A stretch of DNA of 32,826 bases from Salpingoeca rosetta (taxonomy: Eukaryota; Protista; Choanoflagellata). Every line of letters starts with the position of its first letter. Position 1 is the first letter of the stretch. This document shows, one piece after another, positions 1 to 14,900 of this stretch. The notes below the pieces were generated by a model that saw only the letters and a list, made by a program, of their open reading frames with translations, was not told the origin of the DNA and made no database searches. The translations under genes and the position numbers were made by a program. Where the stretch lies: NCBI GenBank assembly GCA_033442325.1, contig JAWQFM010000003.1, positions 2,376,149-2,408,974 of the forward strand, written 5' to 3'.

Positions 1-102
<102 letters not shown>

Positions 103-129
103 GTTCGTTCCCTTCGTTCACCTGGACAG

Positions 130-323
130 TGGACATGGACACGCTGATGCGTGAGAGCGACATCATCGTGGCCACGTGCGCGCTGACGCCGGAGACGACC
201 AACATCTTCAACGCGGAGACGTTCAAGAAGATGAAGAACAGCGCCATCATCGTCAACACGGCCCGCGGCGCGTGTGTCGACCAGGACGCTCTCGTCCACG
301 CCCTCAAGACCGGCGAGATCAAG
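130..323 (+). CDS. GRHPR: Internal exon of glyoxylate/hydroxypyruvate reductase-like D-2-hydroxyacid dehydrogenase (partial)
   Basis: cag|TG at 129/130 and AAG|gt at 323/324. Encodes DTLMRESDIIVATCALTPETTNIFNAETFKKMKNSAIIVNTARGACVDQDALVHALKTGEIK, the NAD-binding region with the 'N(T)ARG' motif. The expected downstream 'AAGLDV...PHIGS' exon was not found. Confidence 0.8.
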
Positions 324-341
324 GTCGTGTCGTCGTCGTCG

Positions 342-343
<2 letters not shown>

Positions 344-418
<75 letters not shown>
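344..418. repeat. (GT)n microsatellite; probable discontinuity point
   Basis: Pure GT run just after the GRHPR donor. Flanking sequences belong to opposite-strand transcription units. Confidence 0.95.
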
Positions 419-420
<2 letters not shown>

Positions 421-553
421 TTCATTGGAAATGGGCACATTGTCCTGGATATCAAGAAGAAAGAGGAACAAGCAACCCTGAAGTAGCTTGGAGAAAGGAA
501 AGAGGGGGAAGGGGGACTGATGTCAACAAAGTGCGCGTGTACGTGTAGTACAC

Positions 554-605
554 GTGCGTGTGTATCATCGGCAATGGGTAAGGCGAAAGACAATCGTCAC
601 CGCAC
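554..605 (-). ncRNA. Possible further C/D snoRNA (degenerate boxes)
   Basis: GUGACGA box-C variant, GUCUUUCGCC antisense to LSU GGCGAAAGAC (+582-591), CCGA, and GUGCG/CGCAC stem. Guide-to-D spacing is non-canonical. Confidence 0.35.
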
Positions 606-630
606 TGGCACGACTGCGTGCATGTCTCTT

Positions 631-686
631 GTGCGTCGGGGTTGGATTGTTCATGATAATTTCGCTATTGTCCTCATCTGACACAC
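631..686 (-). ncRNA. Box C/D snoRNA candidate, SNORD69-like (LSU A-loop G methylation guide)
   Basis: Minus strand: gtgtg..AUGAGGA...UGAACAAUCCAAC-C-CCGA-cgcac. The 13-nt guide (+641-653 gttggattgttca) matches conserved LSU GUUGGAUUGUUCA. The D+5 rule points to the first G of GGA (human 28S G4494 equivalent, the SNORD69 site, from recall). Terminal stem GUGUG/CGCAC. Confidence 0.7.
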
Positions 687-1904
687 ACTCGCACACGCAC
701 ACACGCACACACGCACGCAACAGCGTGGAAGCGCGGAAGGAGAAGAAGGGAGGAAGAAGGGAGGAAGAAGGGAGGAAGAAGGGAGGAGGGAGGACAAAGG
801 AAGGAGGGAAGCCAACAGGCTGGAGCAATGTCCTTCGTGGAACTCGAACAAACTCCTCTCGAAATTTGCACTGCTTCGCTCAGTTAGAGCGTGCTCACTC
901 ACCAGTCAATGTGTGTTGGGAAAGGGTCTGCCTCGCTCGAACGGTGGCACGCGTGGGGTCTGTGTGGTGTTGCCTGCAAGCAAATGCTGGGAGGAAAATG
1001 AACCGCCGCGCTCTGCGCAAGTGCGTACTCTCTCAGCTGCTCTTCGGAGCTTCGGCGAGTTGTTTTCTGGCTTGAGGGTGTTTCTCTGTTGGCCACGAAG
1101 GTTCACAGCACTTCAAGGCAAGGGTGGGGGTGAATGTTGACCAACAGGACGACAAATCTTCAACAGGACCGCAAATCTTCCACGATGGAGTGGGGACCTG
1201 TTTGTGTGGGTTTGCTGTGTTTTGCTTCTTCGATCGCTTGGCTGGCGACGTTGACACGTGTTGGTCCAGCTTGTCGCTGGTCGGATGGTGGTGCGTGTGT
1301 GTTGGTCTGTTTGTGTGCATGGGAGAGCGCGTGCGCGCGAGTGAGATTGCGCTGGGCTTGTTTGAACAAAGCACCTCGGTTCTCGGCTGCTTGTCGGGTA
1401 GGTTGTTGTGGTTTGCTTGGTGGGCGTGCCTTGTTTGATCTGTGCTTCTCTTCTGGTGGTTTTACTGGCTTATGTTAAGGTAATGTAACATAACTTCAAG
1501 GAAGAGTTAGATGCATAAGTCACGAGGCAGTGTGACTGTCGAGCGATCATTGCTCAGGGTTGAAAGAAAAGGTTACATAAAGCAAGTCACGCGCACGCAA
1601 TGTCGCAAAGCGAGCGTGTGTCGCGTGTCCTGTTGTGCCGTAAGTGAGCAAGGAAATCAAAGGAGCGGCACGGCGCTGCCGTGTCCTCATGTTCTTGTGA
1701 TCGTTCATGCTTCTTTTTCGAGCTTGAAGCCTGTCCCAGTGATGTGACAAGGTGCCACTGCATCACATTCGCCTGCACTCAAAGGGAGCGTGGGGTAAAG
1801 ACTCGTGTGAGGTTATGAAGATGTGCAGCATACAAGCGCGAACAGCACTGAGAGACAAAAGAAAAGAAAGTGTGAAGGATACACACACATGTGTGTGCGT
1901 GCAG

Positions 1905-2008
1905 GCATGTCGTCAGCAGGGGAATCGAATACGATCTTCAAGAGAACAACGTTCATTCAGTTGTTGGATTGCTCGCTGTATTAGCTGATTTCGCATCACC
2001 CGGCATGC
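1905..2008 (-). ncRNA. Box C/D snoRNA candidate, double guide for LSU rRNA
   Basis: C GUGAUGC (1993-1999), D' CUGA (1957-1960), C' UGAAGA (1935-1940), D CUGA (1913-1916), terminal stem GCAUG/CAUGC. The D guide GAUUCCCCU pairs with LSU AGGGGAAUC. The D' guide GAGCAAUCCAAC(A) pairs with LSU (U)GUUGGAUUGUUC with one G-U. Confidence 0.8.
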
Positions 2009-2370
2009 AAAAGGACAAGAGAGGAGCGGAAGGGTGGAAAGAGGAAACAACAGGCTGAAAAACTGTGGAAACAGATGTAAAAGAGCTACAAAGAGAAAGA
2101 GGGTGTTGGAGAGCACAGGGCGCGCTTACTTACTTCCAGGTATCAGTGAGGCTGTGAGGGACGCCCTCCTTGGTCCCTGGTCCCAAAGAGTCAGCCATCC
2201 TTCCTGCTTGGTAAGCCTGCAGGCAATACACATACACAAACGCCAGACAAGCAGGAGGAAGAACCACACGCGTGAGATTTTCAAAGAGCACCAGAGAGCA
2301 ACAGTTGCCGACCACTCCAGTACAAAGAGGGAGGAGACAGCGCTCACAGCACGCGCTCTGCCGCCACGAC

Positions 2371-2457
2371 ACCCGTCAGCAAGGGAAATCGAAATACAGT
2401 TCTTCAAGAACAAGTTCAGTGGCTCGCGAATGTATTTGCGTGTTCGCATCAACCAGG
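2371..2457 (-). ncRNA. Box C/D snoRNA candidate, paralog of 1905-2008
   Basis: C UUGAUGC (2446-2452), D' CUGA (2416-2419), C' UGAAGA (2401-2406), D CUGA (2376-2379), stem CCUG/CGGG. The D guide GAUUUCCCUUG pairs with LSU CAAGGGGAAUC with one G-U. Confidence 0.75.
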
Positions 2458-3361
2458 ACAGCGTGGGCAGGCTTCTTTGGAGCGAGACAGGGGAAGAGAG
2501 GGGGAAGAGAGGGGGAAGGGAGGGGAAAGAAGCGTCAAAGGAGGGAAGGTCATAGTCGTCGTGGCTTACCAATCTTGTCGGGGAGAAAATGGAGAACAGC
2601 GCACGCGCGCGGTGCATACGCGTGAGTGCAGGCACAATGTGTGTGCTGTCCACGTGTGCGTGGTCGAAGAAAATGGCAGCCAGCCAACCGAGCCAAGCCG
2701 CTGCTGCTGTTGTGTCGTTGTGTTTCTGCGTTTCTGCCGCCTGCTGCTGAACGGCCACAGTACAGCGTCCGCATCGTCCCGATGGTTCCCACGATTATCC
2801 ACGAATGATTTACAATGGCTTTCGACAAACGGTCTGTGTAGATTTATTATGGAATACTTGGACAAATTTTCGAGCCAAGGCTGCCGCGAAGAAAACAAAA
2901 CCAGCACAGCGACAAACCGTTTTTTCGGTCTGTGGTGAGTTTGCGTTTGTGATGGTGTTGGGGTGCTGTGGAGTTGTAAGGACTTGCTTGATAATATGTG
3001 CCCTTCGCTTCGCACTGCCCGGGATGGGGGGGGGAGCGAGCGGGTTGCTTCGATCGTCACACACACACGCGCACACACAGAGATACAGAAAGCCAAAGAT
3101 AGAAACACAAGTGGACACAGACACAGACACAGACACACACACACACAGACAGACACAGACACAGACACACAGACACACACACACACACACACAGACAGAC
3201 ACACACACACACACACACAGACAGACAGACAGACAGACACACACACAACCAAGTTCACCCAACAAGCCGGTTCACTTCTGTTTGTCTGCGTGGCTGTTGG
3301 TAGTGCAGTTGAAAAGGCTCGAGACAGTGGGCTTGGAAGTTCATAGAACAAAGCCTGAACC

Positions 3362-8940
<5,579 letters not shown>

Positions 8941-9860
8941 TGCGTTGCTTGCATGCACGTGCTGCTAAGATGAATTTTGTTGGATGGATGGACGATGGGG
9001 TGTGTGAGCTGATGCCGTGATGTTCCTATCATTCTTTCTTGTCCTGTTTTGTTTTTGAGGTGGGCGGCTCGGGCGCAACATGTTGATGAGCAATTGTCAC
9101 ATCAACCGTTTGCGATGCACGCGTTGTGTGTGATGCTTCGCATGATGATTTCCACCCCTCGCCCTCCGTTCAATGCCAGAAAGCCAAATGATGGCACCCT
9201 TTTCTTTTGTAAGTTTTGTACCATGCTTTTGCTGTTGTCGTGTGTCGTGTTGCCTTTGCCTTATCTTCCTTGCTTGCTTGCTGAATTACTTACTTGACGC
9301 CTTGCTTGTGTGTGTGTGTGTGTTTGCTTTCGTCGTGTTGGGTTGATGTGACATGGCTTCCCTCTCTGTCTTTGTTGGTCTCTCTCGCTGGATCACGATG
9401 CTGTGACGAAGGCATGTTGTAGTTGAAGAAGTGAACACGTAACAGTGACAAGAAGTCACAGAAAACAGGAAGAAAGGGGATGGGTGGGGTGGGGATTGGT
9501 GGATACATGCGTCGCATCGCTGCATGGAACGTGCACAAAGCAAACTAACAAGTCGAGCAGCGCGCACGCTATAATGCATAGTGCACACATGTGAACTACA
9601 AGTGGTGTCGGTTGATTTGATAAAAGGGGCTGTGCTACTAACGGCATAAGGGCGTGCACACAAACGGAGAAGGGCAGAACTCAAAGGGCACGTTGTCGTT
9701 CTCAACGAAGGGGGTGTGCGAAGATGCAAGAGTGGTAGTGGGGAAATGTGGCGCTCGCTCATGTGTGTGCATGTGCGCGTGTATGTGCATGTGTGTGCGC
9801 GTGCACCACGCATGAACATGCACAAGTGCACACGAGCGCACACGGAGCTGCATGCATTGC

Positions 9861-10475
9861 TCATTCCTCGCCAATGTGGTCCCAGCCGAGGTAGGATGGC
9901 GGCACATACTTGATGTCTGTGTCAATGAGCAGGTATGCGTTGTCAAACACGACCTGGGTGTTCGTGAACTCCACACCATCAATGGTTGGAATGGGCAGTC
10001 CTTTTGCAATCGCCTTGTTGATGCCGGGAACAAGCGCCTCCTGTGGTGTGCAAGTGTGTGTGCGTGTGTGTGCGTGTGCAAATGCGGTGAGTGTTGGAGA
10101 CAGGTTCGCTCTCATCCACAGCGGTGGCTGAGCGTGAACACGCTGCACACGATTACTGTCTCACAGACACAGGCACAGACACAGGCACAGACACAGGCAC
10201 AGACACACAAACACAAACACATTCACACACATGCAGAGACATTTGCACCTGGCAGAAGAATGCGATGACGCTGTCGAGAACGCTGACATCAATGGGTCCA
10301 ATTTGCGTGGACACGAGGGTGAGGTTCACGTTGAGGAACGTGAGATTGCCGTGCAAGTAATGGTCCGGCGTCACCCACGCCTGATGTCGAAGACAAGCAC
10401 AAGACAAGGAGCGGGTGAGCAGAGGATGGGGCGGAACAGAGGTGAACAGACGGATGCACACACACACACACACAC

Positions 10476-10514
<39 letters not shown>

Positions 10515-11401
10515 CAGTCACACATACACACACACAGAAACAGACACAGACACACATGCAGACACAGACACACATACAGACACAGACACACACACACACA
10601 GACACACATGCAGACACAGACACACAGACACAGACACACACACACACAGAGAGACCGTACGCAGCCCCCTCCACACACGCACATTGGCGGAGGCCTTCAC
10701 GGTGACATTCATGGAGAAGACGGGGATCTTCTTGTTGTCCTTGTCCACAACATCGGCAGTGAGGAGGAAGAAGAGATACGCGCTGCCGCCCGACGGACGC
10801 ACGTCGAGACGCACCGGAATCTCCTGTGCATCAAACTTGATGTCCATGGGGCGGTTGGGGTACTTCTTCTGCAGCTGTGGCAGCAGCTTCCCGATGCTGG
10901 ACGTGTTGAGGCCAAATGGCCAGTCCGATGGCACGTCGCTGGGAGTGATGAGAAAGTCGAGCTCGCCGCACTGCCCATACACCCACCCGGCCTTGAGCGA
11001 GTTGAAAGGAGATGGGAGGGGGGTGGAGGAGAGGAAGGCATGGGGGAGGGTTGATTGTGGGTGAGAGGGAGACCGTTGGTTTGAAGTGTAAACGTCCACC
11101 AACCAAACAGCCAACCAACCAACCCAATAAACAGACAACCAGACAACCAGACAAACACACAAGCAGCGACAAACCACATGTTGCACCAACGTACCGTCTC
11201 GACGGTGTATGCTGAGACAGCGACATAGAACATGCGTGTCGCTTTTGCTGGGGCGGGGATGGCCGGTGGACTGAACGGCGCCTCCGTGGTGTTGTGCGCA
11301 AGCTGGAAGAACTCACCCTGTCAAATGAAGGGCACGAAGCGCAAGAAAGGGAGAGTGTAAGCTGCAGGATGGTGCATCGGCAATGTCACACACACACACA
11401 T

Positions 11402-11469
<68 letters not shown>

Positions 11470-11741
11470 AGACACACACACAGACACACGCTGCTTGTCG
11501 CTCACTGCAAAATGTACACACACACACACACACAGACACACAGACACACACAGACACAGACACACACACGCACGCATGCACACGCAGCTTGTCGCTCACT
11601 GCAAAATGCACAACAGGAGCAAGGTTGGACCTTGTGGGCGGTGAGGAGATACTGCGACGTGGTGGTTGGCGCCTCGAGAAACTCAAAGTTGACGAGCGCA
11701 CACTTGTCGAGACGGATTGTTTCGGGAAGTGTCGCCAGGGC
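9861..11741 (-). CDS. BPI/LBP/CETP (TULIP) family lipid-binding protein, C-terminal half only
   Basis: Phase-0 exons 11631-11741, 11195-11317, 10683-10991, 10249-10380, 9861-10040. Peptides [63 protein letters not shown] and [17 protein letters not shown] match the BPI linker/BPI2 domain. No start codon or BPI1 exons found. Confidence 0.85.
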
Positions 11742-11849
11742 CTTGAAACTGACTTCAGTATTGCGCACAACTCCACATAACACAGACACAGACACAGACA
11801 CAGACACAGACACAGACACAGACACACAAGCACACACACAAGCACACAG

Positions 11850-11893
<44 letters not shown>

Positions 11894-11955
11894 GCACAGA
11901 CACAGACACAGACACAGACACAGACACAGACACACAGGCACACACACCCGTCGCC

Positions 11956-14900
11956 TCAGGCAGCAGCAAGCGTGCGCAGGGGCTCGTCCAGGCCTTGGAG
12001 GGCGTTCGTAAACGCCTTGTGGTGCAGCTGCTGCAGTGCGGCCAAGCCATCGCGACACAGCGCAATCGTTTGCTGGCGCACAAACATCTGCACGTCGTCA
12101 TCAGCACCTGCACTTCCGGAACCGTCCTGCGGCGCGTGCCTGGGATGGCGCCTCCTTGCGCGACTGCTGCGGCGAAGCAGCTTTGCAAAGCACCGCACAA
12201 GCGCAGCCGTGGGCAGCGTGGTGCTCGTGTAGTAGCACATGTTCCGGAGCGCATAAAGCGCCGTCAGCGCAACCGTCGGATGCCGCTTCTCAGACGTGAG
12301 CGAAATGACGCCGTCCGTGATTGCCAGCCGCGACACACGCACGCGGCCTTCGGGGTACAACGTGTATGTCGCCAAGAACGCACACAGCTGAAGCTGCAGC
12401 TCTGGTGGACCAACCCCGCTGCTGCTACCGCCATTACCACTGCTACCGCCATTGCCGGCTTGTGAAAAGCCACCAGAACCGTGTTCACCACGCTCCACAC
12501 CTTCGCCGTGGGAGTGAACTGAACCTCTTCGCCGGCTCGCCGCTTTGTTGCCACCGTTTCCACCTGCTGCCAAGCTGACCTTGAGCCACTTGTCGCGAAT
12601 CACATCCAGCATGCGCTCGCTCTGCAGCAGCGGGCGGAACTTGGAGCAGGCACACACGTGCTTGCACAGCCCCAGGATGAGGGCAGCTTCCTCAGCCTTC
12701 ACGGCAGCCGAGGCAAACCGCTTCAGGACAAGCCGAATCACCTCTTCAAACTGAGCCAGCGCCTCAGAGTCGATGGCCTGCACCGTGGCAAGCACGCTCG
12801 TCACCGCACGCAGCCACCCCTGACGCAGGGTGTCTGTGCCACTGCAGCATGTGTGGGCTCCCTCGAGCGCAGACATGAGCGGCGTGAGCGCGTCCACAGT
12901 GCACGCTTCGTCCGGGTCGTGATACAAGCAGCACGTGATGACGCGGAGCGTGTCGTGAATGGCAGTGCGTACGCGAGCCAGCCGCATGTTGTCGTGTCGA
13001 GCAATCGCGTCCTGCTCATGCTCCTTCAGGCGTCGCAGCGACGCCGCACACAGCTGGCGAATTGGCTCCAGCGTCTGCGTGTCCGATAGCCCTTGCACAA
13101 ACACGCAAAACTGGGACAGCAGCCCACACAGATGCGTGCGCGCGCCGCCCAGGTCCCCAATGTCGAAACACTCGTCCCACAGGTGTCGCAGTGACTGCAG
13201 GTTGGCCAGCACATCGTGTAGCATGAAATCGACAACGGGTGGGCCAACCAATTGCGCAGATGACAACACTGCTGCTGCTGCTGCTGATGATGATGATGAT
13301 GCTGGTTCTTCCTGTGCTGCGCCCTCGCTACCACCACTCTCGCCTTCTTTGGTCCCAGCCAGGACAATGCCACCACCACCATTGTGTCGATATCGATGAC
13401 TCTGCTGCTGTTGCTCCTGGTGGCTATATTGTTGTGCGAGGTGAGGCATGTTCTCAAGCAGTGCCAGCCAGTGGGCGGGCTGGAACTGGCACACAAGCAC
13501 GTGTAACATGCCCGTGCATTGCTGGAACGTGAACGTGAGGGAGCTCACGTAGCCTTGCACCTCAGCCCGTGGCAAGCCAACAGTCAGCGCGGGAATAAGA
13601 CCAGCACCCAGTCGCCGGCACACGCGCAGAAACTCGGGAACGTGCACAGCTGCCGCTTCCAACACATCATATGCTGTCGTCAAGTGGAGATCCTCTTCAG
13701 CGCCACCATTCCCAGCTCTCGTGTTGGCTCCGTCGCCTCTGCGGTGCTGCTGCAACAGAGAGCGCCGCACGTCGGGCTCCTGCACACAGAGGCATGCGCA
13801 CGCGCACATGTCTGACGTCAGCGCCAACAGCTGCTGAACAAACTCCACGCGAACTTGCACTGCGGCTTCTTCAAACGCATCATCACCCCCCGTCGTACGT
13901 GTTGCAGTGCCCGCTTGTCCGCCTCCCATCTCCGCGCCTTCCACAGTCCAGTGCCCACCACCACCACCATCTGCCTCGCCGTGAGTGCTTGCTCCAACAC
14001 TGGAGGTGCGGTTTTGTGATTGATCGAAAGATGAAGACGATGCTGCCACTGGTTCGCGTACACTCACAGACCCGCGTCGCACAAGCTGCTGCACTTGCTC
14101 GTGTGTTGTGGGCACCGCAAGTTGCACAAGTTGGCCCATGCGAATGAATGTAGTCGCCAGGTGGCGGGAACACCACTTCCGCAGTCGGGACAGCGTCCCC
14201 TGGCGAAGCCAATAGGGCGCGTTGATGTCAGCGTACACAGCCCGGCACAGGCGCAGCGTGGCAGACAGCAGCGTGTCTGTCACGGTCATGGGGGAGCGGA
14301 TCGTCGCCTCAAACGTGTGCGCGCAGTTGTCATGGGGGTTTCCATGACCGTTCTCTCTTGTTGAGCTCTCCACCGCTGTTGACACATGCAACTGTGACCA
14401 GCACGTGCGTAGCAGGACATCCACGCCCGTGCACACGTGTGCCCGCGCAAATAGCCGCGCACCGTGGTGGTGCAGCAAACCGTGCACAGTTGTGCAGAAC
14501 AGACTCAGCCCCTCCTCGCCCAGGCCAACGTCACACAGCGCAGGCAGCGAATCAAAGAAGTGCATGGCCCCAAACACGCGGTGTGTTCGCACACGCACTG
14601 TCATCATTCGCCCACCCTCGCCCACAGAGACGTCGTTCACGCTCGCAGCAACAGCGGCGGCGGTAGTATCATCATCATCATCATCACCATTGCCATTACC
14701 ATTATCATCACCACTGTCAACATCCCCAGGCTGCTGCAGGGCCGCCCAGGCATCAGCAGGAAGTGGCAGCAGCACGCGCGAGGCGAGCGATGACAGTGCC
14801 TCCATGCATGCAACGCGCACGCACGGCCGCACGTCGCGCCGGTACAGCAGAGAGAACAGCACATCCACCGCGGAGACGGACGCCCCACTGTAATCGTCCT

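Larger units (their letters stand above)
420..1000 (-). ncRNA. Putative snoRNA host transcript B (spliced, no recognisable ORF)
   Basis: Minus-strand donor CTG|gtgagt at 902 and polypyrimidine + cttcag| acceptor at 478-480. The intron holds snoRNA candidates. Pyrimidine start motif cattttcctccc at ~989-1000. Confidence 0.45.
1480..2600 (-). ncRNA. Putative snoRNA host transcript A (spliced, short exons)
   Basis: Donors TTG|gtaagc (2569) and GAA|gtaagt (2133); acceptors tgcag| (2217-2219) and ctctcag| (1848-1850). One C/D candidate per intron. Start motif cattttctcccc at ~2580-2591. The 3' end is approximate. Confidence 0.55.

Noticed and set aside
735-812. Purine-rich GGAAGAAGGGA tandem repeat
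   Set aside because: Low-complexity pyrimidine spacer of a minus-strand intron; no unique spacers or element ends.
1917-1931. TTCGATTCCC (minus strand) resembling a tRNA T-loop/B-box
   Set aside because: No cloverleaf can be built; it is better explained as a snoRNA guide next to box D.
2126-2758. Protein-coding model for the minus-strand locus (210-aa ORF, or spliced MHRARALF...KPAHAVLVDAN...LVLEEL, faintly NYN-like)
   Set aside because: No further NYN motifs follow, and the supposed exon coincides with a boxed, duplicated snoRNA unit.
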